Part shown: positions 1 through 13,645 of the stretch, one piece after another
Position numbering within the stretch: the stretch's first letter is position 1
Layout: each line of letters begins with the position of its first letter
The notes under the pieces: generated by a model
Database searches by the model: none
What the model saw: only the letters and a program-made list of their open reading frames with translations
Told to the model about the DNA's origin: nothing
Translations under genes and position numbers: made by a program
NCBI RefSeq assembly: GCF_963921235.1
Contig: NC_086097.1
Span: 169,634,001-169,698,000 of the forward strand
Length of the DNA: 64,000 nucleotides
Reading direction: 5' to 3'
Source of the DNA: Mobula hypostoma
Lineage: Eukaryota

Positions 1-1143
1 AAGAAAGGGGCTTCCCTTCCTCCACCATCAACTCTGCTCTCAAACGCATCTCCCCCGTTTCACGCACATCTGCTCTCACTCCATTCTCCCGCTACCCCAC
101 TAGGAATAGGGTTCCCCTGGTCCTCACCTACCACCCCACCAGCCTCCGGGTCCAACATAATATTCTCTGAAACTTCCGCCACCTCCAACGGGATCCCACC
201 ACCAAGCACATTTCCCCCCCCCCCGCTTTCCGCAGGGATCGCTCCCTACGCGACTCCCTTGTCCATTCGCCCCACCAATCTCCCTCCTGGCACTTACCCT
301 TGTAAGTGGAACAAGTGCTGCACATGCCCTTACACTTCCTCCCTTACCACCATTCAGGGCCCTAGACAGTCCTTCCAGGTGAGGCGACACTTCACCTGTG
401 AGTCAGCTGGGGTGATATACTGTGTCCGGTGCTCCCGATGTGGCCTTCTATATATTGGTGAGATCTGACGCAGACTGGGAGATCGTTGTGCTGAACACCT
501 ATGCTCTGTCCGCCAGAGAAAGCATCTCCCAGTGGCCACACGTTTTAATTCCACATCTCATTCCCATTCTGATATGTCTATCCACAGACTCCTCTACTGT
601 AAAGATGAAGCCACACTCAGGTTGGAAGAACAACACCTTATATTCTGTCTGGGTAGCCTCCAACCTGATGGCATGAAGATTGACTTCTTTAACTTCTGCT
701 AATGCCCCACCCCCCCCCCTCGTACCCCATCCATTACTTATGTATATACACACATTCTTTTTCTTTTTCTCTCTCTCCTTTTTCTCCCTCTGTCCCTCTG
801 ACTATACCCCTTGCCCATCCTCTGGTGGATTTCCCCCCTCCCCCTTTTGTTTCTCACTAGGCCTCCTGTCCCATGATCCTCTCATATCCCTTTTGCCAAT
901 CAACTGTCCAGCTGTTGGCTCCATCCCTCCCCCTCCTGTCTTCTCCTATCATTTTGGATCTCCCCCTCCCCTCCACTTTCAAATCTCTTACTAACTCTTC
1001 TTTCAGTTAGTCCTGACGAAAGGTCTCAGCCCGAAACGTTGACTGTACCTTTTCCTAGAGATGCTGCCTGGCCTGCTGCGTTCACCAGCAACTGATGTAT
1101 GTTGCTTGAATTTCCGGCATCTGCAGATTTCCTCGTGTTTGCG
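1..1143 (+). mobile_element. Penelope-like element (Neptune-like), 3' part: Cys-rich linker, GIY-YIG endonuclease (disrupted) and 3' tail
   Basis: GTYPCKWNKCCTCPYT...FTCESAGVIYCVRCSRCGLLYIGE followed by an in-frame TGA; same family as 27467-28669 and 51337-52950; continues upstream of the window. Confidence 0.9.
1008..1045 (+). ncRNA. Minimal type I hammerhead ribozyme motif in PLE 3' tail (mismatch in helix II)
   Basis: TAGTC-CTGACGA-A-AGGTCTCAGCCC-GAAA-CG-TT-GACTG: helix I TAGTC/GACTG, both core boxes present. Confidence 0.7.
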
Positions 1144-3354
1144 AGGCAAAATACAGTGTTACTTGTAAGATTATAATGCCAAACAAGCTTTTGCCTATGG
1201 CAGATCTTTATGCCCTGCTTGGGCAGGATATTTAATTTCTTGGTATTTATGTGTGGGGAGATTGGCTTCACTTTCAAGTTTCAAACATTGCAAACACACT
1301 GTTCCTGAAATTTGGTTATTTTTCATGATTGACTGAGATCTTTGTAACCTCATCAATTTGTCTCTTCACTTTGGTTAAAGTAATTAGTTCAAATTGGAGT
1401 ACTATTCTATTGCATTTAATAAAGGGCACTTTTCTGATTTTTGATTTGTCTCTCTGCTCCTTTTAGGTTATTATGTTTTTATTGGAATGCATAATTTGGT
1501 TTTAGTTTGGTAACACTGGCAAGATGGTAATCTATGCCCTTGAGGTGATGGTAATCCACCTTGAACTAATGTGTAGACAACAAAAAAAAGACGAGGTAGT
1601 ATTGTGATTGGTGGAGAAGAGAATGATAGATTACAGTGAGTACATTTAGGTAGACTGAATGGATGCTGTTTACTTTGGAGAAGTGAGTGATGATGCATCT
1701 TTAGAAAGATTGAGGAGAAGCAATATAGAATTAAGAATATTATTCTAATATCACTGGAGGATTAGTGGTATCTGGGGTATGGATTGCATACACAGATTAC
1801 ATGGAATACACAGCATGCTCTTTATGTCAAACCAGACCACCGAGACCATTTATACTCCACTCAAGCCTCCTTCCTTTCTTCATCAAAGTGTATCAGAACA
1901 TCCAAATGTGAATGTACTTAAAATCATTAGAAGTAGCAGGGTGGATTGTGAAAACTTAATAAGGCAGAGCTAGTAACTGAAGTTGTCAATAGAGCTGTTC
2001 ATGATAAATTCAGTTTTTTATAATAAAGAAGTGAGGCATTTGAGTGTCCAGAAGAATGGTTTCTGGAATGAAAATAATATATGTAATAGATTTAGGAGGT
2101 AGGGACTGTTTTGGTGAAAAAATGATAAGTGACTTGATCAAAGTATACAAAGTAATGAGGTGACTAAGAAGTAAGAGGCACTTTTTCCATTGGAGCAGCT
2201 GGTGACCAGAGATCATAGAAAGAAAACACTGGCCATTCCCAGGTTATGAAAGCCTGACTAATAGGCATCCTTTATATTTGAACAAGCTTCTATAATATTA
2301 AGTTCAAAAGTTTGATGTATTTGAGCAACAGAACTAATTTCCTTTCTAATTCTGATTCTCTCGCTGCTTTTAGTCATTGCTCTTTCTTATTAATCTGATT
2401 TTTCTGATGCCATTTATTATAATGCTGTGGAGATGTGGTTACCATATAGTGATTTTTTTTTGTGCATTTTCCAATTTGAGGATAAAATTAATGGACGTCT
2501 ATAAAAACAGAAGCCATTTGTTATTGAGGACGGCCTGCAAAAGAGAAGACAATTGAGTGATTAGAGGAAAGATTCCCTCTGATTTGTGCGTAGAAAGTGC
2601 TAGCTGCAAATATGGTAATAGCAGGATGCATTGCAGCTTTTGAGAGAGAATTGTATAGATGAATGATGGAAAAGAAATTGGAAGAAATATAGAATTGGTC
2701 AGGTCAAGAGCTAGCACAGATATAATGAGGCCCAGTAACCACCTCTTGTGCGATATCCATCCCATAATTCTGATTTATTTGTTTAGCCACTGTGCCATTG
2801 ATTGAATTGATGAATGATTTGTGTGGTGAGTTGTGTGCCATTCAGATGGAGTGCTTTATTTCTGGGTGGTGTTGAGGTGCTTGATGAACGCAGCTCCAGA
2901 AATACTCAAGGCAAATGGAGTGCATTCTTTCATGCTCCTGACTTTTTGATAGATATTAGAAAGGCTTTGGTCATCAAGGGGTGAATCATTCATTGCAATA
3001 TACCCAGTGCCTGACTTTCTTATCAAAGAATGTCAAGTTAGAGTTGGTTAGAGGCTGTCAGGTTAGTAATTGTTTCCTTTATTCCATTATGTGGCAATTG
3101 ATGTTTGATTGTACTTGAGGTCTTGATGTATAGCTGGTTCATTTGTTGATGAATTCAAAATGGAAGTAAATATCTGTGAAGATCCTTTACTCCTGATGTT
3201 GAAAGGAGGACCATTGAAGCAGTTAAATTGGTTGGGGTTACCACACTGCCCTGAGGTACTCATGAATAAATTTTCATTTCTGAAATTCAACTCGTGTTTC
3301 CAAGTTTAGATCAAGGTTGTGAAGATGTTTGGTGATAAGTGGTCCTGGCGAAAC

Positions 3355-3515
3355 ACAAGACCATAAGAGATGGGAGCAGAATTAGGCCATTTGGCCCATC
3401 GAATCTGCTCTGCCATTTCATCATGGCTGATCCATTTTTTCCTCTCAGCCCCAATCTCTTGCATCCTTCCCCCCCCACCCCGTATTCTTTTATAACATGA
3501 CCAATAAAGAATCTA
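3355..3515 (-). mobile_element. CR1 LINE 3' end fragment
   Basis: Same 3' UTR as other CR1 copies (ggagcagaattaggccatt..., catggctgatcc); boundaries approximate. Confidence 0.7.
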
Positions 3516-4384
3516 CCATATACTAAACATCAATGGATAATTTACTGGCAATTTAAGAGCTTCTTGAAAGCACTTTCAGTGATACCCTGCATCACCTTGT
3601 TGCTGGACTGAACAGTGATTATCTGGATTGGATTCTTTTTGACATGGTGTACCTTAACAATTGTCCACTTGGTTGCATGCTTGCCGGTTTTCAAGTTGTA
3701 CTGGATCAGTTTGGCTGGATGTGCAATTGCTTGTGGTATAGGCATGTTCAGTTTTATAACTTGGATATTGTCTATTCCCACCACTTCCAGTGTCCCAGCA
3801 ATTTAGTTATTACTGACACATGGATGGAGTTATATTGGCTCAAGGTAGTTTTATGTGATGATGGGGATCTATAAAGTAAGTTGAAATAGATCATTCATTC
3901 AGAATGAAGTTACCAATACTTAGCTCTCCATTTTAGCAATCAAAGTCATGCTCTTGTTGAAGAGTCATTTTTCCTCTTCCTATTACCTGTTCAGTTGTCT
4001 TTCGCCATTCTTGACTGGCTGTGGGAAAACTGCAGAGCTTTGTGTTCAGTTGGCTCAGGGAATACGTTTCCTTGCTGGATTGTTTTTTTCTTGTTTTTGT
4101 ATGCCTCTCTTGCAGCTTTATGGCTGGCTCATCAGTGTAAATGTTGCCTTGAATTTTGATGGGCCTGGGTTTGAATCTCTCCTCGGGTGCTGTATGTGTG
4201 AAGTTTGCATGTCCACCCTATGACTGCATAGGTTTCTGGTTGTTCCAGTTTTCTTGTAGGCCAATGAGCCACTTAATGTTGATAAATAATTTTGAAAAGC
4301 ACGTGAAAAAAAATTAGCCTACAGAGAAGGAGGGAGCATGGGAGGTTTCTTTTCTCAAGTTTGTTTAGCTGCCATAGATCTTCG

Positions 4385-5845
4385 ATGCTAAAGATTCCAG
4401 CATTACAGTACTGGTAGCACATGTCCTGGTGGACATAATTTACATCAAAATCATCCAACTGATCAACTGACTGGTGTGTTCACGGAGATGTTTAACCTCT
4501 CATTTCAGCAATGTGTGGTACCCACCTGCTTCAAGCAGGATTCAATTATACCAGTGCCCAAGAAGAGCTTGTTGACCTGCCTCACCCAGTAATACTTGCA
4601 TCTACAGTGATGAAGTGCTTTGAGAGATTGGTGATGAAACATATCAACTACTGCCTGAGAAATGACTTAGATATACTCCAATATGCCTACTACAGCAGCA
4701 GGTCTGTAGCAAATGCTATTTCATTGGCTATTCACTCAACCCTGGAACATGTGGACAGCAAAGGTGCAAACATCAGGATGCTCTTTATCGACTACAGCTC
4801 AGTATTCGATACCATCACCGCCTCGAAATTAATCAATAAGCTTCAAGACTTTGGCCTTAATACCTCCTTGTGCAATTGGATCCTGGATGTCCTCATTTGC
4901 AGACCCCAGTCAGTTAACATTGGCAACAGCATCTCCTCCACAATCTCCATTAGTACAGGTATACCACAAGGCTGTGAGCTTAGCCCTCTGCGCTACCCAC
5001 TTTACACTTATGACTGTGTGGCCAAACACAGCTCCAAGTTCACTGTCGTAGGCCGACTCAAAGGTGGTGACAAATCAACATATAGGAGGGAGATTGAAAA
5101 CTGGCTCAGTGGTGCCACAGCAACAACCTTTTACACAATGTTAGTAAGAGCTGATTATTGACTTCAGGAGGTAGAAACCAGAGGTCCATGAACCGGTCCT
5201 CATCGGAGGAACGGAGGTGGAGAGTGTCAGCAACTTTAAATTCCTCGGTGTTATTATTTTGGAGGAATTGTCCTGGGCCTAGCACGTAAGTGCAATTACG
5301 AAGAAAGCACAGGAGTGCCTCTACTTCCTGATGAGCTTTTGGAGATTCGGCATGACATCTAAAAATTTGACAAACTTCTATGGATGTGTTGTGGAGAATA
5401 TATCGACTGGCTGCATCACAGCCTGATATGAAAACACCATACTCTCTTCTAGCTGCTGCTACCAGAAAGAAGGTACAAGAGTCTCAGGGCTTGCACCACC
5501 AGGTTTAGGAACAGTTATTACCCCTCAACCATCAGGCTCTTGAACCAAAGGGGATAACTTCACTCAACCTCACTTGTCCCATCATTGAGATGTTCCAACA
5601 ACCAATGGACTCGCTTTCGAAGACTCTCCATCTCACATTCTCGATACTGCTGATTTATTTATTATTATTACTACTTTTTGTATTTGCACAATTGTCTACA
5701 GTACTCTAGTTGAATGCCCTAGTTGGGTGGTCTTTCATTGATTCTGTTATGGTTATTATTCTGTAGATTTACTGAGCATGCTCGCAAGAAAATGAATCTG
5801 ATTTGTATATGGTGACATATATGTACTTTAACAATAAAATTTACT
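4385..5845 (+). mobile_element. Rex1/Babar-type LINE, 5'-truncated, decayed RT
   Basis: ORF 4511-5161 with [32 protein letters not shown]; 3' UTR ending AATAAAATTTACT. Confidence 0.85.
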
Positions 5846-6549
5846 GACATACGTGGTGAAATTTGTTGTTTTGTGGCAGCTGGCACAATGGCACAAGATT
5901 TTGTGGTAATGTGATTTCATGACTACTCCCAAGACTGGTTTTGTTTTAATTTCCAGCTGATTTGATTAACTGAATTCAAGTCCCACAACTGTCATAGTAG
6001 GATTTAGACTTGCTTCTTGGAATATTTAATCTGGGCATTGGATATCTCGTCCAGTGATTTAACCACTGTGCCAAACTATACCTAACATACTACTAAATAA
6101 CGCAGTTCTCTGAAGATGTAAGCAGGAGATCAAATTAGTTGAAAGAAAGGAAACCCGCCTGGACCAAGACCTGTTCTGAAAGAGATTGCAAGTATTTTGC
6201 AGCATTGCCTGGTTCCATTGTTAAATGTGTATGTCAATGATTTGAGTTTAGGACTAGAGGCATTTGTGTCCAAATCATAAATGATCTAAAAACTAAATAT
6301 AGGTAAGATCCAAGGAAGTCGCAAGGAAATACTGTAAGGTGGTCATACAGGCATGGTGATGACAAATGGAATTACAGGTTAGCAATTCTGAAATTGTATG
6401 GCTTGTGCTTGTTTTTTAAAAAATAAAAGTAGTAATTTTACTTCATTATAAAACCAGTGCAGAATTTTACAAGACATTGAAAAAAATTTTTAAACATAGA
6501 ATTAGTGTCGGTGGTTGATTGATAGTTGTTATGGACCTAAAGGCCTGCT

Positions 6550-7921
6550 GCGGTGCTATGTGAGCTGCCTTAATGACTGTCGCCCAGTAGCACTCACATC
6601 TACAGTGATGAAATGCTTTGAGAGGTTGGTCATGACTAGACTGAACTCCTGCCTCAGCAAGGACCTGGACCCATTGCAATTTGCCTATTGCCACAATAGG
6701 TCAACAGCAGATGCAATCTCAATGGCTCTTCACAGGGCTTTAGACCACCTGGATAACACAAACACCTATTTCAGGATGCTTTTCATCGATTATAGCTCAG
6801 CATTTAATACCATCATTCCCAAAGTCCTGATTGAGAAGTTACACTGGGCTTCTGTACCACCTCCTGGAATTGAACCCTTGACTTCCCAACTGGAAGACCA
6901 CAATCCCTGCAGATTGGTGATAGCATCTCCTCAGTGGCGATCAACACTGGTGCTCAGCCCACTGCTCTACTCTCTCTATACCCATGACTATGTGGCTAGG
7001 CATGGCTCAAATACCATCTATAAATTTGCTGATGGTACAACCATTGTTGGTAGAATCTCAGATGGTGACGAGAGGGTGTACAGGAGTGAGATATGCCAAC
7101 TAGTGAAGTGGTGTTGCAGCAACAACCTGGCACACAATGTCAGTAACACAAAAGAGCTGATTGTGGACTTCAGGAAGGGTAAGACAAAGGAACACCTACC
7201 AATCCTCATAGAGGGATCAGAAGTGGAGAGAGTGAGCAGTTTCAAGTTCCTGGGTGTCAAGATCTCTGAGGATCTAACCTGGTCCCAACATATCGATGCA
7301 GTTATAAAGAAGGCAAGACAGCGACTATACTTCATTGGGAGTTTGAAGAGATTTGGTATGTCAGCAAATACACTCAAAAACTTCTATAGATATACCATGG
7401 AGATCATTCTGACAGGCTGCATCACTGTCTGGTATGGGGATGGGGGCTACTGCACAGGACCGAAAGAAACTGCAGAAGGTTGTAAATTTAGTCGGCTCCA
7501 TCTTGGGTACTAGCCTACAAAGTACCTAGGGCATCTTCAAGGAGTGGTGTCTCAGAAAGGCAGTGTCCACTATTAAGGATCTCCAGCACCCAGGGCATGT
7601 CTTTTTTTGCACTGTTACCATCAGGTAGGAGATACAGAAGCCTGAAGACACACACTCAGCGATTCAGGAACAGCTTCTTCCCCTCTGCCATCTGATTCCT
7701 AATTGGACATTGAACCCTTGAACACTACCTCACTTTTTTAAAATACATTGTTTTTTACATGATTTTTAATCTATTCAATATATGTATACTGTAATTGATT
7801 TATTGTTTATTATTATTATTTTACTTTGTTTTTTTCTTCTGTATTATGTATTGCGTTGAACTGCTGCTGCTAAGTTAGCAAGTTTCACGATACATGCGGG
7901 TGATAATAAACCTGGTTCTGA
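6550..7921 (+). mobile_element. Rex1/Babar-type LINE, 5'-truncated RT
   Basis: ORF 6515-7513 with [47 protein letters not shown]; tail AATAAACCTGGTTCTGA; same family as 59175-60170. Confidence 0.9.
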
Positions 7922-10900
7922 TGTGTCTCTGTCTTTAAAGGCACTTTAGCCCTTCTTACATTTCATTCCATTTAGCCAGTTCATCGTTCAATTCCATGAT
8001 ATTTTCCTGCACTAACTCCATACCCCTTCATTTCCTGGTGCTTCAAAAATCTATCAACTTTTTTTTTTAAAAAATGTTTATTTGGGGCAGAGCAAGAGAT
8101 CTGATTCAAAAGTTGAGGTGCTGTTTAATAAATTATTATTCAAGCACAGTAGTGCAGTATTGAGGTGATGTAGAAAACCTGGTGTGAAGAAATATAAATT
8201 CACTAATTCTCATCAAAGAAGTATTGAAGTCTATTTTTATGTCATGCCTTACATACAGACCTTAAGTGTGCGGAATTCTGTACAACAATAAAATGTTAAG
8301 TGTGTGGCCTGCGATGGCAATGGGAGAAGACTGTATGCTTGCCACACAATAAAACTTTCATGTGTTAATTGTCCCGTATTAAAGTGAAGATGTTCTCCTT
8401 ATCAGGTACATTACCAATTAACTAAACTTTGCAATTGTTTTTGAAGTTCTCTCTTGAGGATAGCCTTGAAACTAAATTATATTTACTTTCCATTTTTTAA
8501 ATATAATTTTCCCTATGGAAAATGAATAGAAGAATTGGAATAAGTGAAGCCTGAAGAAGAATTGCAGATGTTAGTTTTGATTCTTCATTCTCTGGATGTG
8601 GTTTACTGAAGCATGACAATATCTTTTCGAGCTGAAGGAATCTGAATTGTTTCTATAATGCTTTCTTCTTTAAAAAATACTGAAGTGAGGTCCTAAGGGT
8701 GTCAATCCATTGATTTACTGCAAGGCCGTGTGTATTAGTGTATCTGCACCTTGTGTGAAGGTCAGATTGACTTATACATACTGCCAAGCTGGTACCCTAA
8801 CCAGACTGTCTTGCTGAAAATGGCAACTAGTCTTATTACACTTTGCCATTTTTGTCTGTGTGTGTGTGTCAGAGAGAAATGCAGACTCCCTGATGAATAA
8901 CAGATGAGGGTATCAAGTTTTACAAAATGGAAGATGTGGCATTTTATTGTAGTTCTATTTGGAGTTAGTTAATTTCAACTATGAAGCCATTTGAAGCATT
9001 ACAGTGGACCTTTGTGTTAGCAGGACAATGAAGGGAAAATTCAATGGAGGTTTCCAACCTTATGTTATTTTGTGACACAATCCCATTTGTGTGTGTGTAG
9101 GTTTTACACAGATCAAGTTGACAGTGATAGTCTCTGCCTTTACATAACTGACCTTTTCATAGCCATTTGCAACAGTTTAAAGGTGAGCAGCTTTCATTGT
9201 AGCGCAGTTCAATAAGACGAGACAGAAGAAAAGAAAAAAGATGAAACGTAGTTGCCAGATAAATTCCCATAATTATGTTGGAGCTTGTTTAAATTTCAAG
9301 TTTGAAGTTATCCTGAGCACTTGTTTTGAAAGTATTAAAAATGTCCATTTTCATTTCATTCCTTCTCCTATCTCTAATATTTCTTGGTTTCTTGGTAAAT
9401 TTATTGAATTTTACACAGTAAGTCTGAAGTTTTGGTAGTTTGGGCAGTGCCTTCTTAGATTAATTCAGGTCTTAGTGGCTGTAATGAAACTGAAGAAACC
9501 TGCCATCCACGGGACTGATCTTGTCAGGACTGGGATTTGAACTCCATTTGACAGGTTAATACTGCATCAATAAATCAACTGTACTGCACTGAAATCCAGC
9601 ATATTGACCTTCACTGTCTTTGCTTTGTTGGTAACTTTAAGGACACAATTATGGTATAGAAGTATTACAACTTATATTTTGAGATGCTTGCGCTCTGGTG
9701 TTAACACTGACAGTCTTAATGTGGTATCATTTTTAGCACTGCTGATTAGCTCTAAATAGCAGAATAGCAATTTTTTAAAATTTGAAAATGTGTTAAACAA
9801 CAGGTTACCTTGTCTTAAGATTTCTTAAGTTTTCTCTGAATAGAAAGTCATACTTTATCAGACTTTTACAATCTTTAGAAGCTCTTTGTATTATCAATTT
9901 GTTCCACTACATTAAAAAAGTTGCCTGTAGCCTGTGGGGCCCACTGAATGGTGCAGTAGGGGTTGTTGATTTGGACTTGCATGTTATTTTGATTAGTATT
10001 GTATTATGTTACATGTAATGTATAATATATTAATACTTACGTATAGCTGAACAGATTGATTAAATATAATTTGCTGCCTAAAACCAGGCTACTCTTGAAT
10101 AAATAGTTACTGTACTGCTGCAAGTGCTATTAAATAAATGTTTCTGAAGCATCAATTTCGAGGGCATCACTGATCCAAGTTATTTGTAGTTTCAAAGTTT
10201 CTTTACAGGTATAAGTATTTTGTCAAAGAAACAAGGACCAGTTCATATTTCAGATTAAACTTGCATCATGTATGGGAATTAATTATGCAAATACAATTAA
10301 GTTTTTGCTGTTCTCAAGTTTTTAAGAAGGGAAGGGGGAATAGTTAGCTGAGGTATACAAAACTGAGATGCACAGAGGCCCTATTTCCCTTAGCAAAGAG
10401 GTCACTGGCTTTTTGGGCATCATTTTAAATTAATTGGTAAATTATATAGAGACTTAAGAACAGGAGGTTGTCACCTGACCTTTCAGCCTGCTCTGCATTT
10501 CATTAAGATCATGTCTGAGCTTCTAACGTATTGCTATTCTCCTGCTCTATCCTATATCCCACTATTCCCTTAAAATCCTGGATTGTATTTACCTGTTTTT
10601 AATGGAATCTATAACTAAGCCTCCACAATCCTCAGAATGAATACTAAAAATGCCACACTCATTGAGTGAAGAAATTTCTCATAATTGTAGCAGGTTTACC
10701 CTTTATTCTAAGCTTGTTACCTTTTGTTTCTCACCCCCACCCCCACCAAGGGTAAGTTACCTTCCAGCATTCACATTGCAAAGAGATCATCTCATTTCTT
10801 AGAAAAATGAAGGACTACTGTATCGAAATCCTCATTATATGGCAAACCTGCCTTCTTAAAAACTAGTCTAGTGAATATCTTCATTATCCTTTATTAAATT

Positions 10901-11309
10901 CACATGATGACGTCTATATCTGTTTGTAGATAAGAGAGCCAAAACTTCCTAATATACTCTCAGATGCATTTTCCCAAGCCCTAAATAATGGCAGTAAAAT
11001 GTTTTTATTCCTCTACTCAAACCTTTTTGCTATAGAAAACAATACTTTTGTGCTCCTAAGTTTTGTTATACGTATGCTGATTTCAGTGACTCATGTATAA
11101 GATCCTTTTGAATAGTTCTCAGTTCCTTAATGTGTTTAAAACTGCTGTGTTCTCTGGCAAAAGTTCATGATTTTCATTGTTCCATCTTATAGCTTACTCA
11201 ATTTGGCTTCAAGACAATGCACACAGGGAGAACTTCATCTATTACCTTGCATATTTGGATCCCAGCTTGGGGTGGGGGGAGGAGTGATTGAGAAATAACA
11301 GATACCAAA

Positions 11310-11535
11310 TTAAAGGAATGCACACGAAATGCTGGAAAAGCTCAACAGGTCAGGCAACGTCTATAGAAATGAATAAACAGTTGATGTTTTGGGCTGAGGC
11401 CCTTCTTCAAGACTGGAAAGGATGAAGGAAGACACCAGAATAAAAAACTGTGGGGGGGGGGAGAAAGGAATTCAGCTAGAATATGATAGGTGAAGACAGG
11501 TGGGTAGGAAAAAATAAAGGGCTTGAGGGGAAGGA
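11310..11535 (-). mobile_element. Old PLE 3'-tail fragment with a decayed hammerhead motif (11378-11416)
   Basis: Reverse complement reads CAGTC-TTGAAGA-A-GGGCCTCAGCCC-AAAA-CA-TC-AACTG followed by the tgcctgacctg..gag..ttccagca tail. Confidence 0.6.
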
Positions 11536-12298
11536 TTAAAGGGAATATTTGAAAAGAGATTTAAAACCAATTTAAAGAAGTGTTTTAAAATCTAATGATG
11601 TTTGACACCAGGTTTCTACTTGTTATTGTTTGACAAGTGGTCTCGCCTTGTTACTTTTTTTGTTGGAGTAACAGAAGAAGCAGGATTTGCCTGTGGAAAT
11701 ATTTTCAAATGTACTGAAAATTAAAAGAAATAGCAATGTCTGAAAGAGTTTATCATTTAAAACTAAACCTTCCAAAAAGTAACTGAAAGCATTTCTATTG
11801 AACTAATATAGTTTATTTTTCTACCATATACTCTGTTCTGTTACAGGAAGCTGAAGATGCTAGAATCTGGTGCAAATCACAAAATGCTGGAGAAACTCAC
11901 CAGGTCAGGCCATATCTATGGAGGAAAATGGACAATAATGCTTCGGGTCATGGTCCTTCATCTGTTGACTGTTCACCTGACCTGCTGAGTTCTTTCAGCA
12001 ATTTGTGTGTTATTGTTCTGTTGCAACCTTATTACTGCAGCAATTGCCAAATTTTGTAGCCAACCTGGATAGAAGCTGAAAACACCCTTTGTTTCTGTGC
12101 TGAAACTTTTAATTTTTGTTAATTGGTGCTTCAGTAAAATATTGAATTTTAAAGTATTTACTGTGATTGGAAAATGAAAACTCCAGGTTCATAGGTAAGG
12201 ATTACTATGATAATATATGATTACTATATAGGTAAGCATTGTACTTGTGTTACTTTTTAAAAATAATCTCAATTCCATTGTTTGTGTTCTTATAACAG

Positions 12299-12397
12299 GG
12301 TCCACTTCCCAATTCATGTGGACATTTCTGGCAAATGGCCTGGGAACAAAAAAGTAGAGCAATTGTGATGCTCAATCGTGTAATTGAAAAGGGATCA
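12299..12397 (+). CDS. PTPN2: PTPN2 coding exon (equivalent to human exon 4), 99 bp, [33 protein letters not shown]
   Basis: AG acceptor at 12297-12298 after a pyrimidine-rich tract; GTAAGT donor at 12398; phase 0/0; translation matches the PTP (Q)GPL..FW.M.W motif region. Earlier exons were not found in the window. Confidence 0.95.
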
Positions 12398-12504
12398 GTA
12401 AGTGAAAGAAATTAATATTTGTAATTTAATTTTATATAACTAGCAACTTGCTGTTTCCATTTGTATCACAGTGTGAATAGGAGCGTTTTAGTCTATCATC
12501 CTGC

Positions 12505-13645
12505 TTAGATGAACAGGTTAATTGGCGTATGAGGCTGTTTAACAAGATAAGAGCCCATGATATTACAGGAAAGACTAGCATGGAGAGCAGTTGGGTTGAC
12601 TGGCAGTAGGCAAAGAGTGGGAATAAAGGGGGCCAATTGTGGCTGGTTGCTGGTGACTAGTAGTGTTCCGCAAGGTCTGAGTTTGGGACTGCTTTTCACG
12701 TTATCTGTCAGTGATTTGAATGACAGAAGAGATGGCTCAGTAGCCAAGTTTGCAGACAATATAAAGATGGGTGGAGGGGAAGGTAATGTTGAGGAAGCAG
12801 GGAGTCTGCAGAAGGACTTGGACAGAATGGGAGAATCAGCAAAGAAGTGGCAAATTGCATGTAGTGTAGGGAAGTGTATGGCCATGCACTTTGATAGAAG
12901 GAATAAAGACATAGGCTAGTTTATAAATGGAGAGAAACTCTAAAAATCAGAGGTACAAAGGGACTTGCAAGTTGACTTGGTGGTAAGGAAGGCAAATGCA
13001 ATGTTAGCATTCATGTTGCGAGGACTAGAACATAAAAACAAGGATGTTATGCTGAGGCTTTATAAGGCATTGGTCAGACCACCCTTGGAGTATGGTGAGC
13101 AGTTTTGAGCCCCTTATCTAAGAAAAGATGTGCTGGCGTTGGAGAAGATCCAGGGAAAGTTCACGAGAATGATTCTGGGAATGAAAGGGTTAAGATATGT
13201 GGAGTGTTTGATGTTCTGCACTCGTACTCGCTGGAGTTTTGAAGAATGGGGGGAGGGTGGGGGAGATCTCATTGAAATCTATCAAATATTGAAAGGCCTG
13301 GATAGAGTGGCTGTGAGAGGATGTTTCCTATAGTAGGTGAGTCTATGACCAGAGGGTACAGCCTCCGAATCGAGGGACGTCCATTTAGAGCAGATATGAG
13401 GAGGAATTTCTTTAGCCAGAGAGTGTGAATTTGTGTAACTCTCTACCAGGGATGGCTGCAGAAGCCAGTTCATTGAGTATATTCAAAGTGCAGGTTAATA
13501 GGTTTTTCATTAGTCAGGGTGTCAAAGGTTATGGGAAGAAGACAGGAGAAGGGTTGAGAGGCATAATAAATTAGTTATGATAGAATGGTGGAGCAGACTT
13601 GATGAGCTGAGAGGCATAATTCTGCTCCTATGTCTTATGATGTTA
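12505..13645 (+). mobile_element. CR1 LINE, 5'-truncated, decayed RT C-terminus and 3' UTR
   Basis: VTSSVPQG, KFADNIK, LQKDLDR, LYKALVRP, RGYSLRI-like motifs; 3' UTR ending ctcctatgtcttatg. Confidence 0.88.
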
